In this document: one piece after another, positions 28,588-37,953 of the stretch
Layout of the letters: each line of letters starts with the position of its first letter
Position numbering within the stretch: the stretch's first letter is position 1
Source of the DNA: Candidatus Harrisonbacteria bacterium
Lineage (GTDB): Bacteria > Patescibacteriota > Minisyncoccia > UBA6257 > 1-14-0-10-44-23
Length of the DNA: 47,068 nucleotides
Reading direction: 5' to 3'
NCBI GenBank assembly: GCA_023255625.1
Contig: JAHFLF010000001.1
Span: forward strand, 357,120-404,187
Made by a program: the position numbers and the translations under genes
Notes under the pieces: model-generated
Seen by the model: only the letters and a program-made list of their open reading frames with translations
Told to the model about the DNA's origin: nothing
The model's database searches: none

Positions 28588-30009
28588 ATGAATTACAACG
28601 ACGACGCGCTTGTGCAGACCTCGGCTATTTTACAAGAGGACATTTTAGACGAACAGCAGCTTGACCAACTTTGGAGTGCGGCGCTTGGCGAAATTGAAAT
28701 CCAGGTTTCACGCCCGAACTTTGTAACCTGGTTTAAGAATAGCCACTTTGTAAATAAAAAAGGGAATACGGCTTATGTTGGTTTGCCAAATAACTTTGCA
28801 AAGGAGTGGATAGAAAACAAATACTCGAAAGTTGTTTTGGGCGCTTTACGAACGCTGGAGCAGAGCATCATGAAGGTTGAATTTTCTGTGGCTGGCGCAA
28901 AGGGTGCCCCGGCGAAAATGACGCGCACTGCGCCGCGCCCAGAAGAAAGACAGGCGTCTTTCCCGGAATTTAAAATTGACCCGGAGACCGGATTAAACCC
29001 GCGCTACTCTTTTAATTCTTTTGTTGTCGGGAAATCCAATGAGCTGGCCTATGCCGCTGCGAGCGCAATCGTCGAGGAAATTGGGAAAAAGTATAACCCG
29101 CTCTTTCTATATGGCGGCGTTGGCCTTGGCAAAACGCACCTGGTCCAGGCAATGGGCAACGAAATCACCGCCAGATACGGGGGAAAGGTGCGGGTGAAAT
29201 ACACGCCAGCAGAAAAATTCACCAATGATGTTATCTGGGCGATTAAAAATAAGCGGATGGAGACGATCAAAGAAAAATATCGGCTGATCGATGTCCTGAT
29301 TCTGGATGATATCCAGTTCATCGCCGGTAAACATGCGACTGAAGAGGAGTTTTTCCACACCTTCAACGCGCTACACGAAAGCAATAAGCAGATCATCATC
29401 TCCTCGGATCGCCCCCCAAAATTTATGCCGGACCTGGCCGAACGGCTGCGTTCACGCTTCGAAGGTGGCATGATCGTAGACATCAGCTATCCCGACTACG
29501 AGCTGCGCTATGCAGTTTTAAAGACAAAGGCCCAGGAGAGGGGGCTGAATCTAACCGAGGAGGTCTTTGGGCAATTGGCCAATAAAATCCAGCGAACTCT
29601 GCGCGAGCTTGAGGGGATCCTGAATAAAATCCAGTTTCACCAACGGGTTAAACACCTGGAGATAACTCCGGCGGTTATTGATGAAATCCTAGCCGAGATT
29701 CTCCAGGAGCCAACCAGGAGCATTAATCCGAATGTGGTGATTAGGGCGGTAGCAGACTCTTTTGAGATCTCGGTAGTCGATTTGATCGGAAGCTCCCGCA
29801 AACGGGAATTGGTCGGGCCGCGCCAAATCGCGATGTTCCTACTGCGCGACATGCTCGACCTCTCATACCCAAACATCGGTGACCGGATCGGCAAACGAGA
29901 CCACACCACCGCTTTATATGCTTTTGAAAAAATTGCCGAGGAGATCAACCGAAACCAGGTCCTTAACCAAAAAATCCTGACGATCCGGGAGTTAATAAGT
30001 AAGGAATAA
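28588..30009 (+). CDS. dnaA: Chromosomal replication initiator
   Basis: YNPLFLYGGVGLGKTHL, LILDDIQF, RLRSRF, RDHTT. Confidence 0.98.
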   Translation: MNYNDDALVQTSAILQEDILDEQQLDQLWSAALGEIEIQVSRPNFVTWFKNSHFVNKKGNTAYVGLPNNFAKEWIENKYSKVVLGALRTLEQSIMKVEFSVAGAKGAPAKMTRTAPRPEERQASFPEFKIDPETGLNPRYSFNSFVVGKSNELAYAAASAIVEEIGKKYNPLFLYGGVGLGKTHLVQAMGNEITARYGGKVRVKYTPAEKFTNDVIWAIKNKRMETIKEKYRLIDVLILDDIQFIAGKHATEEEFFHTFNALHESNKQIIISSDRPPKFMPDLAERLRSRFEGGMIVDISYPDYELRYAVLKTKAQERGLNLTEEVFGQLANKIQRTLRELEGILNKIQFHQRVKHLEITPAVIDEILAEILQEPTRSINPNVVIRAVADSFEISVVDLIGSSRKRELVGPRQIAMFLLRDMLDLSYPNIGDRIGKRDHTTALYAFEKIAEEINRNQVLNQKILTIRELISKE

Positions 30010-30317
30010 ACAGTTAAAGAAATATGAATCAACTGTGGATGGATATTAGTAAGAGCCGCGGCATCCAAGACCATCCCCACTTCACCCGCCGCCATCCACA
30101 TTGTTATCCACAAAAAATATCTCAAACTGCCACGGTAAGAAACCAATGAAGGATTGGAGCACTGGCCCGCCGCCGACTTTCATCCACTTATCCACTCTTA
30201 CTACTGCTACTATATTTCTTTCTTTATATTAAAAAAGGATATAAGGAAGATATGAAAATAAATGTTCTCTACTGTGGAAAAGATTTTTTCGAAAGAAACT
30301 GATATCATTAAAAGATT
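30010..30317. other. Replication origin oriC (DnaA boxes, DnaA-trios, AT-rich DUE)
   Basis: TTATCCACA 30104-30112, TTATCCACT 30188-30196, CCATCCACA 30092, TGTGGATGG 30034, TGTGGAAAA 30273; TACTACTGCTACTAT 30199-30213 followed by an AT-rich tract. Confidence 0.85.
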
Positions 30318-31430
30318 ATGAAACTGATTATTCTCCGTAGTAATTTAAAAGAGGTCTTGGCTTCAGTAGAGAGGGCTGTAACTGATAGCCCAACATTGCC
30401 GATTTTAAAAAATATCCTGCTTAAAGTAGATACGCGGCTAACTGTGCAGGCGACTAACCTTGAAATTGGCGTAACCGCGACTACCAGCGCCAAGATAACC
30501 GAGCAGGGGATTCTTTCGGTTCCCTTCGCCCCGCTTTATAGCATTATTAACAACAGTGTCAGCGACCGGATCACTTTAGAGTCTAAGGAGCTCTCTCTGA
30601 CTGTTGCCACTGATAACTATGCGGCCAAGATCCAGGGGAGTAGTCCAGATGAATTCCCAATCATCCCCAAGCTCCTCGACGAGACAAACACGATTGAGGT
30701 GGCCGGCGATGTTTTTAAAACAGCACTCACGCAGGTGCTCCCGTCCGCCGCCTCAAATGATTTTAAGCCGGAGATGAATAGCGTCTTGCTTATCGTTTCC
30801 GGCGGTTCGCTCAAGCTGGTCGCTACCGACGGCTTCCGGCTCGCCGAAAAGACGCTTTCTAGCAATGCATACGGCACGACGATCCATAGCGAGCTGCGGG
30901 CGCTAATCCCTCTCAAAACGGCCCAGGAGGTTTTACGCATCTTCCCCGGCCACGACCAGCTCACTGTCGCGCTAGATAGCAATCAGGTGCTTTTCCGGTC
31001 TAAGGATACGGCGCTTATCAGCCGATTGATTGATGGAAATTATCCGGAGTACGGGGCTATCGTGCCAAAGAACTTAACTACCGAGTTAGTAGTCGAGCGA
31101 GATGAGCTGATCGGCGCGATTAAGCTGGTTAGTAATTTTTCCGGCAAGACTAGCGACCTCACGCTTAAGGTTAGCGACGAGCAGAAGGCGATTGAGGTCT
31201 ACGCCTCCAGCCAGACGATCGGAGAAAACTCTTACCAGGTGTCGCTTAAGAAAAAGAAGCTGGAGGGGATAAGCAAAGTTTCTTTCAACTGGCGCTATCT
31301 GCTGGACGCTGTGCGGGTGATGCCCGATCCGATTATCACACTTGGGTTTACCGGCGAAAGCCGCCCGATGATGATCAAAGGTACAAGCGACGACTCTGTT
31401 TTCTGCATCGTGATGCCGATTCAGCAATAA
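30318..31430 (+). CDS. dnaN: DNA polymerase III beta clamp
   Basis: LPILKNILL, ATNLE, VATDGFRLA, SRLIDGNYPEY, IVMPI. Confidence 0.97.
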   Translation: MKLIILRSNLKEVLASVERAVTDSPTLPILKNILLKVDTRLTVQATNLEIGVTATTSAKITEQGILSVPFAPLYSIINNSVSDRITLESKELSLTVATDNYAAKIQGSSPDEFPIIPKLLDETNTIEVAGDVFKTALTQVLPSAASNDFKPEMNSVLLIVSGGSLKLVATDGFRLAEKTLSSNAYGTTIHSELRALIPLKTAQEVLRIFPGHDQLTVALDSNQVLFRSKDTALISRLIDGNYPEYGAIVPKNLTTELVVERDELIGAIKLVSNFSGKTSDLTLKVSDEQKAIEVYASSQTIGENSYQVSLKKKKLEGISKVSFNWRYLLDAVRVMPDPIITLGFTGESRPMMIKGTSDDSVFCIVMPIQQ

Positions 31431-31547
31431 CCGCGGGGGGATTTCCGCAGAACGACACTCTCGCAGGCCGAAGAGGCCGAGAGCAGGCGCTGCGCGGCCC
31501 GCGCGCAGATAGCCGGTGTCGTTCTGCGGAAATCCCCCCGCGGTTAT
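31427..31547. repeat. 121-bp element with perfect 32-bp terminal inverted repeats (MITE/REP-like)
   Basis: ataaccgcggggggatttccgcagaacgacac (31427-31458) / exact reverse complement (31516-31547); two small internal hairpins. Confidence 0.85.
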
Positions 31548-34036
31548 CTATAGACAACTACCTCCCTCGTCGTGGAGCCGCCGCTAACATCGGTCGCGAC
31601 TATGCGGATGGTGTTTTGCGGCTGGGCAACTGCGCCCGGAGAAAACGCGGACTGGTAATGCAACGACAGCCCTAAATTACCGGAGCGGGAATCGATCAAT
31701 GCGCCGTTGAAGAATATCTCAATCTTGCTCATTTCTTTTTCGCAGGAGATCGTTGCCTCAATCGGAATTTGGTTGCCCCTGATGAATGTGCCAGATTGCG
31801 GTGAGGTGATGATTATGGTGGCACTCTCCGGGGTGCTTGTTGCGTTGTCAGAGGAGTCGCCGCCCCCAACCTGGCCCTGCGCAGTGTCCACTAGTGTCGC
31901 CCCCGGGGGAACCGGCTGGTTGTAGCCACCGCCAAACAACCCGCCAGGAATTGTCATGCCGGCCCAGGTCAAAACGCCCTGTTCCCAGTTGGAGAACTGT
32001 GGATCGTTTTCCGGGCGCACAGGTATGGGGCCGAGTGGATTTCTCTTGTCAACATAATAAAGGATGTCGTGTATCTGTGGGTATAATTTTCCGTCTGCCT
32101 GGAAATAGCCGATATGGTTTCCATTAAGCATCGGTTTATTAACTCGTTCCGGTTCAGGAGGATTAAAGCTCTCGGCCGGCATGGTCGGTAGTGCCTCGCG
32201 CAAGAAGGCATTTAAAATCGGTACTGCGGCCAGGATGCTGCCACCGCGCCGCTCCATCGGTACATTGTCATTGTTGCCCGCCCAGACTCCTGCTACGAGG
32301 TTGGGGGAGTAGCCGATTGCCCAGGCATCGCGATAATCGTTGGTTGTGCCGGTTTTTAGAGCAACATCGTAGCCATCGAAGACTGTTAAGTTGAGACTGT
32401 TCTGGAAAAGCGGTGCGCGGGCATTTTTGTCGCTTAAAATGTCGTTGATGGCCCGGACTGGTTGAGGATCGGCGACCGGCTCTGCGATATCGCGATAAGA
32501 CTCCAGAATTCGCCCTTTCTGATCAGTAACCGAAAGGGTTAGGTGTTGCTCGTGTTTAACGCCCTCTTGAGCTAGGACGCTATATGCTCCAACCAGCTCG
32601 TTTAGGTAGACTTCGCCGCCGCCTAAGACTAGCGAGAGGCCAAAGCGATCCCGCTGCTCTAAGGTGTTCACGCCAAATTGCTGGAGCATTTTTAAAAAAT
32701 TATCCACGCCGACCAGATAAAGAGTTTTAACAGCTGGTATGTTGACTGATTGGGCCAGCGCATTCCTAAAGCTGATTGGGCCTTTAAACGACTCGTCATA
32801 GTCGTGCGGTTTATAGCTTTTGGCTGGATCGTTTACAGTATTGAACTCTGTTTCGGTGTCGAACAAGATGGTCGTTGCCGGGTAGCCAAGTTTCAGGGCG
32901 GCCAGATAGACAAATGGTTTCAGCGCCGAACCTGGTTGCCGTAGCCCCTGCATGGCCACATTAAATTGACCGTCGATTTCTTTATCGAAATAGTTACGGC
33001 TGCCCACCAGAGCCAATATCTGGCCGGTTTTAGGGTCGGCCACAACCATCGCCGCGTTCGTGCCCTTGTAAAGCTCGGTGTTGCGGGCCGCCCCGGCGGC
33101 AACGGCCTTTTCGGCAGACTCTTGCAGTGTTGCGTCCAGAGTAGTTATGACTTTCAGCCCGGCCCGGCGCACATAATCTTCTCCGTATTGCTGTTCCAGA
33201 TATTCTTTAACTGCGATCGCAAAATGAGGGGCGAGGTTTAAATTTTTAACTCGGCTGAAAACTAAATCGGTTTTCTCCGCTACGGCGAGCTGCGTTTTGG
33301 TGATATAACCAAGTTCGGCCATTCGAGTCAGAACCAGGTTCTTGCGGGCGAGCAGCTCTTGTACATGGCTACCAAACGGCGAGTAGTAGCTGGGCGCTTG
33401 GGGAATCGCCGCCAGAAGAGCGGCCTCCGGTAAAGTTAAATCGATCGCCGTTTTTTGGAAGTAGGTTTGCGCAGCTGATTCTATTCCATAGGCATTTGTA
33501 CCGTAGGGGATTTGATTTAGGTACAATTCTAATATCTGGTCTTTCGTGAAGGCCTGTTCTAATTTGTAGGCAATCAGCAATTCTTTCAGTTTTCTGGTAA
33601 ATGTTCGCTCGTCGGATAAGAAGGCCTTTTTTGCCAGCTGTTGGGTGATCGTAGAGCCGCCCTGGACAACGCTTGCATTGCGGATATTGACCAGCAGCGC
33701 TCGCAGTAAAGATGAGAAGTCCAGTGCCGAGTGCTCGTAAAAGCCAGCATCTTCGATTGCCAATGTCGCCTGTTTTATTTGCAGAGGGATTTGATCAAAC
33801 GGAACAACCGTTCGCTTTTCCTCTCCATAGATTTCATACAATAGTTTTGTTCCGGTTCGGTCATAAATTCGGGTTGACTGGCTGACTTCGCGTTCCTGGA
33901 GCATCGTCAGCGGTGGGAGCTGCGAGATCGCGGATATCACAAAAAGGGCTCCGAGCGCGGCGAGTAGGGCGGCCAGAATAATTCCTAAAAACAGGGCGTG
34001 TTTAAATCGGAGATGCTTGTTCCGACGCATGCGCAT
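31544..34036 (-). CDS. Class A penicillin-binding protein (PBP1A family) with C-terminal Ig-like domain
   Basis: EDAGFYEH, QGGSTITQQL, RKLKE transglycosylase motifs; SALK, SVN and KTG transpeptidase motifs. Confidence 0.95.
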   Translation of the reverse strand: MRMRRNKHLRFKHALFLGIILAALLAALGALFVISAISQLPPLTMLQEREVSQSTRIYDRTGTKLLYEIYGEEKRTVVPFDQIPLQIKQATLAIEDAGFYEHSALDFSSLLRALLVNIRNASVVQGGSTITQQLAKKAFLSDERTFTRKLKELLIAYKLEQAFTKDQILELYLNQIPYGTNAYGIESAAQTYFQKTAIDLTLPEAALLAAIPQAPSYYSPFGSHVQELLARKNLVLTRMAELGYITKTQLAVAEKTDLVFSRVKNLNLAPHFAIAVKEYLEQQYGEDYVRRAGLKVITTLDATLQESAEKAVAAGAARNTELYKGTNAAMVVADPKTGQILALVGSRNYFDKEIDGQFNVAMQGLRQPGSALKPFVYLAALKLGYPATTILFDTETEFNTVNDPAKSYKPHDYDESFKGPISFRNALAQSVNIPAVKTLYLVGVDNFLKMLQQFGVNTLEQRDRFGLSLVLGGGEVYLNELVGAYSVLAQEGVKHEQHLTLSVTDQKGRILESYRDIAEPVADPQPVRAINDILSDKNARAPLFQNSLNLTVFDGYDVALKTGTTNDYRDAWAIGYSPNLVAGVWAGNNDNVPMERRGGSILAAVPILNAFLREALPTMPAESFNPPEPERVNKPMLNGNHIGYFQADGKLYPQIHDILYYVDKRNPLGPIPVRPENDPQFSNWEQGVLTWAGMTIPGGLFGGGYNQPVPPGATLVDTAQGQVGGGDSSDNATSTPESATIIITSPQSGTFIRGNQIPIEATISCEKEMSKIEIFFNGALIDSRSGNLGLSLHYQSAFSPGAVAQPQNTIRIVATDVSGGSTTREVVVYR

Positions 34037-34074
34037 CAAGGTATTTTAGCATGGATAGTAGTGGTTACAAAAAG

Positions 34075-34106
34075 CGAAAACCCGCCTGGAATAAGACGGG
34101 TTTTCG
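34075..34106 (-). terminator. Intrinsic terminator
   Basis: cgaaaacccg..cgggttttcg hairpin; on the - strand followed by a U-tract. Confidence 0.65.
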
Positions 34107-34116
34107 TGCGGCACAT

Positions 34117-34332
34117 TTAGTTTTCGTCTTTCTCTGCGTCATCCTCCGGCTCATCTAACTCGGCGTCCAGGTCATCCTCACCCTCAATGTGTAAACCGGC
34201 CTCCTCCAGGTCATCCTTATCGCTATCGTCGACCAGGTCGTCGTCAGCGGCCCGAGCCGTGAACAGCTGATTAATTTTTAAAAATTCTACTTCTAATGTT
34301 GATGCTTGCATAATGCTTAGTTGGTTAATCAT
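34117..34332 (-). CDS. Small highly acidic hypothetical protein (start possibly ATG 34311)
   Basis: D/E-rich C-terminal half; followed by a terminator. Confidence 0.55.
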   Translation of the reverse strand: MINQLSIMQASTLEVEFLKINQLFTARAADDDLVDDSDKDDLEEAGLHIEGEDDLDAELDEPEDDAEKDEN

Positions 34333-34420
34333 ATTCGCCGGGCTTCGTAACCCGGAGTGAAGATAAGTTTTTGAATATCACTATTATAGTAATCGAACTC
34401 CGGCTGTCAACCGGCAAGGA

Positions 34421-34915
34421 TCAGCCAAGTGTGGATATCTTTTTATTAGTCTTATTATTAGCCGCAGCGATTGCTGTGGCGAGCGCATCAGATGCATTGT
34501 CGTCTGCCGAGAGGGTCTTAAGGTTCAAGAGCAGCATAACCATTTTCCGGACCATTGCCTTATCAGCGGCGCCATAGTTAGTAACGGCCAGTTTGATTTC
34601 TCCCGGCGTGAGTTCAATGATCGGAATGCTGCATTCTTGCAAAGTCAGGAGAATTACACCGCGGGCCTGGGCGACCTCAAAGGCGGTTTTTTTATTTTTT
34701 GAAAAAAAGAGCCGCTCAATTCCAGCAGCATCCGGAGAGTGCTCTTCGATTAGCTCAAGCAGAACGCGCTTGATCTCCACCAGTTTGGCGGGCAACCCGC
34801 CGGCTTTTTTGATGTCGGTCGTGCCATAAGTTAGAGATTGCAAAGAGCCAGGTTTTTGTTCAATCACCGCAAAGCCCATTGAGGTGCTGCCCGGGTCTAT
34901 ACCTAGAATGCGCAT
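34421..34915 (-). CDS. ruvC: Holliday junction resolvase
   Basis: ILGIDPG, IERLFF, AQARGV, YGAADK, DNASDALA. Confidence 0.96.
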   Translation of the reverse strand: MRILGIDPGSTSMGFAVIEQKPGSLQSLTYGTTDIKKAGGLPAKLVEIKRVLLELIEEHSPDAAGIERLFFSKNKKTAFEVAQARGVILLTLQECSIPIIELTPGEIKLAVTNYGAADKAMVRKMVMLLLNLKTLSADDNASDALATAIAAANNKTNKKISTLG

Positions 34916-34917
34916 AT

Positions 34918-35009
34918 TTGGTTAGTTGGTTGCTTAGTTAGTTGGTTAGTTAGCTAGGGCAGCCCAGAGAAATTGTATCTACAAGTTAACTAACTAACAA
35001 ACTAACTAA
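34918..35009. repeat. Junction inverted repeat, family D
   Basis: ggttagttggttgcttagttagttgg / taactaactaacaaactaacta; overlaps the yebC stop and abuts the ruvC start. Confidence 0.8.
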
Positions 35010-35560
35010 GTAACGATTGTATTTGTTACTACCCGTTGTACATCCTCGTGTTCCTCAAACCCCGCGATTATCGCGGCGAGAAGATTTTGTGAGCTGGCAG
35101 AGACTGGTTGAGGGAATTTTGCTTTGTAGTGTCGAGTTGGCACGCCGTCTTGAATTTCGTCGACAAGCTCAAAGGCCCAAAGAGTGCTTCCGGTATCGGC
35201 CGGCTTAATGCCAAGCTCCCCGGCGAGCGTTCTCATTTCTTGCATCGTACGATTGCTGCTGTCAGTAATACCCTCAACAATCATTAAAAGACCTTCGGGC
35301 CCGATACATTCGAAAACAAATTCTTTCAAATCCTTTTGTTCTTTGGCCCGATTTATGGCGCGTTCTATATTTTCATTCGGCACACTAGACGCACGAGCTG
35401 TTTCAACCAGCGTTCGCAGTCGCGGATTTTCTTCCGGTTTCGGATTTGTTTTTGCGGCGATAGCGATTGCCCCCAATATTTTTGTAAACAAAATCGCCCG
35501 CTTCTGATCCTTAGCGCCCTTCTGATGTTTGATTTGCGACCATTTGTTGTGACCGGACAT
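35006..35560 (-). CDS. yebC: YebC/PmpR family protein (short form)
   Basis: MSGHNKWSQIKHQKG, NPRLR, IERAI, EEHEDVQRVVTN. Confidence 0.93.
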   Translation of the reverse strand: MSGHNKWSQIKHQKGAKDQKRAILFTKILGAIAIAAKTNPKPEENPRLRTLVETARASSVPNENIERAINRAKEQKDLKEFVFECIGPEGLLMIVEGITDSSNRTMQEMRTLAGELGIKPADTGSTLWAFELVDEIQDGVPTRHYKAKFPQPVSASSQNLLAAIIAGFEEHEDVQRVVTNTIVT

Positions 35561-35562
35561 GG

Positions 35563-35683
35563 GCAGAAGTTGCTAGAGGAGATTAGATGCTGCTAGCACG
35601 AATAAATAGAGAGTTGGCCATTTTGTCTGTGGTATCCTTATGCTAACAGCTTCTAGCGACCTCTAGCAACCTCTAACGCCTCT
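35563..35683. repeat. Junction inverted repeat, family C, between divergent genes
   Basis: agaagttgctagaggagattagatgctgctagc / ctagcgacctctagcaacctctaacgcctct; each arm abuts an ATG. Confidence 0.75.
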
Positions 35684-37375
35684 ATGATCCCCAACGATAA
35701 CCCCCAACTTACCGAGCAGCTGGCTAAGATTTGGCAACAGAGCCAGGAGCGATTGACGAGGCAGAGAGCCGGTCAGCAGCAATTTGCTTACCTTGATTTA
35801 ACCAATGCACCCCTGCAGCTTGAGGCCTTTAAGCTGCTGCCGGAGGAGCGGGCTAAAGAGCTTGGCGCTTTGGCAATCGAACGCCGGGGCTTTGTGATGG
35901 CTTTGGCTGCGCTGAAGCCGGCTAGCGCTCCAGTTCAGTCATTGGCTCAAGAATTTAAACTTAAAGGTTTTCGGGTGAATCTTTTTGAGGTTTCTCCGGA
36001 AAGTTTCGAGTACGGGCTAACGGTGTATAAGCGCCTGCCCAAAATGAGAAGCGAGATTAATACTCGCGTGGACATTTCCCCAGAAAAAGTTTCTTTGCTG
36101 GAAAAAGAGTTAACCAGCATAACCAAGGTTAATCAGCAGCTTCAGAAGCTGCTGGTCGGCGAGGTTCAAACCGGCGAGATTTTGAATGTTGTTTTGGCCG
36201 GCGGACTTACTAATCGGTGCTCGGATATTCATTTTGAAACCGCCGAGCACGGTTCGGCTCGGCTGCGCTATCGGATTGATGGAGTCCTGCAGACCGTAAC
36301 CGAACAAATCAGAGACGAGGTTTACAAGCTGATTTTACTGCGTATAAAATTGCTGGCCAATTTGCGGCTGAATGTTTCGAATGTCGCCCAGGACGGCGCC
36401 TTTTCTTTGAAACTTGGCGATTTGGAAATCGAGCTGCGCGTTGCAATAGCGCCATCAGAATTCGGCGAGGCGATCGTGATGCGTATTTTAGACCCGCGAG
36501 CAATTCAAATTACTCTGCCGCAACTAGGGTTTCGGCCAGATGATTTAGCAATTGTTCAGGAGGAACTAAAAGCTCCGAACGGAATGATTTTAAATACCGG
36601 TCCGACCGGCTCCGGGAAAACTACTACTCTATACGCATTTTTACGGACCGTCGCGACTCCGGAGATAAAAATAATTACCATAGAAGACCCGATTGAATAC
36701 CATCTACCCGGCATTGAGCAGACGCAGACTAATGACAAGGCCGGCTACACATTCGCCGGCGGCTTGCGGTCAATGATGCGCCAGGATCCAGACATTATTT
36801 TAGTTGGCGAGATTCGTGATAAAGAAACGGCAGATATCGCGTTGCAGGCCGCACTCACCGGGCATCTGGTTTTTTCAACTTTGCATACTAATTCCAGTTC
36901 TGGAGTTATTCCTCGTCTCTTAGACCTAGGAGCACAGTCGGTTTCAATAGGCCCGGCGCTGAATTTGGTGATTGCGCAGCGGCTAGTCCGTAAACTTTGC
37001 GAGAGGTGTCGGGTCGAACAGCAACTTGGTGCAAGCCGCAAGTCGCAAGTCGTTGAATTTCTGAAGAGATTGCCGGATAGGGTTGATAAAAAGCAGTATG
37101 AAACAGTTGAAAAAATCTATGAGCCGAAGAAGGATGGTTGCGAAAATTGCCATGGGACTGGCTATCTCGGCCGGATTGGTATTTACGAACTTCTACATCT
37201 CGACGATAGCTTTGAAGAGTTGATTAAAAATAGTTCAACTGAAAGTGAGATTCGCGAGCACAGCAAAAAACAGGGAATAGTCTTTTTACAGGAAGACGGC
37301 ATTTTGAAGGTGCTATCTGGTATAACTTCGTTTGAAGAGGTTGAGAGTGTAACCGGGCCGATTAAGTGGCTATAA
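35684..37375 (+). CDS. GspE/PilB type II secretion/type IV pilus assembly ATPase
   Basis: SDIHFE, RYRIDG, GPTGSGKTTTLY, TIEDPIEY, RQDPDIILVGEIRD, TGHLVFSTLH, two CxxC motifs. Confidence 0.93.
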   Translation: MIPNDNPQLTEQLAKIWQQSQERLTRQRAGQQQFAYLDLTNAPLQLEAFKLLPEERAKELGALAIERRGFVMALAALKPASAPVQSLAQEFKLKGFRVNLFEVSPESFEYGLTVYKRLPKMRSEINTRVDISPEKVSLLEKELTSITKVNQQLQKLLVGEVQTGEILNVVLAGGLTNRCSDIHFETAEHGSARLRYRIDGVLQTVTEQIRDEVYKLILLRIKLLANLRLNVSNVAQDGAFSLKLGDLEIELRVAIAPSEFGEAIVMRILDPRAIQITLPQLGFRPDDLAIVQEELKAPNGMILNTGPTGSGKTTTLYAFLRTVATPEIKIITIEDPIEYHLPGIEQTQTNDKAGYTFAGGLRSMMRQDPDIILVGEIRDKETADIALQAALTGHLVFSTLHTNSSSGVIPRLLDLGAQSVSIGPALNLVIAQRLVRKLCERCRVEQQLGASRKSQVVEFLKRLPDRVDKKQYETVEKIYEPKKDGCENCHGTGYLGRIGIYELLHLDDSFEELIKNSSTESEIREHSKKQGIVFLQEDGILKVLSGITSFEEVESVTGPIKWL

Positions 37376-37394
37376 GTTAGGCGCAATCGCAGTT

Positions 37395-37923
37395 CCACTA
37401 AGCTGGCGATTTTTGCATAAATTAAAAGGCGTCGCGGATTCGCCATAGGGAGCAGTAAAAGGTATCCCTGCTCATCTTGGCGAATCCGCGACGCCTATGC
37501 AAAAAAACCGCCTAGTAGTGGGCAAAATTCGGACCCGCGAGAATTATCTCTATCCACAGCTTATTCAGTATGGTGATTTTGCCTATTTCCGGATGGTATA
37601 CTAAATATCCGATTGTTGTTGGAGGGCTTACTGCTCTTGACAGATTAGAGATTTGGTGCTATATTCTGATTAAGAATTGTGCGGCAAAAGCAGCTGCTAT
37701 GTCGCTTGCTCTTTGTTTTCACGATAGTGGCTTAAATACGATCGCTCTTTTAAAACCGTCTGGTAGTGGGCAAAATGGGATGGCTCATCGATTTGGACAA
37801 CTTGGCTCCGGCTGGGGTGCTCCTCGATTTCATTCTTGGTTTCTTTTTAGATTTTCTAAAGAAGAACTTTTTATCAGCTTCCTCCCCAGGTGCTGATTTT
37901 GCCCACTACTAGGCGGTTTTTTT
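37395..37923. repeat. Structured intergenic region: nested hairpin plus 28-bp perfect inverted repeat
   Basis: 19-bp arms 37427-37445/37478-37496; 28-bp arms 37501-37528/37896-37923; a third copy at 37752-37776. Confidence 0.8.
37637..37665 (+). promoter_or_regulatory. Sigma70-type promoter
   Basis: TTGACA-17 nt-TATATT with a TG extension. Confidence 0.7.
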
Positions 37924-37953
37924 ATTTTCTAAGGAGCGCTATACTCAAGCCAC

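Noticed and set aside
34333-34362. tRNA or small RNA at the ccggg..cccgg hairpin
   Set aside because: A single short stem with no cloverleaf, T-loop or CCA; I found no tRNA or rRNA in the window.
37570-37896. 108-aa ORF between the PilB-like gene and ruvB
   Set aside because: No recognisable motifs, it spans a promoter and inverted repeats, and there is no transposase or RuvA similarity that I can see.
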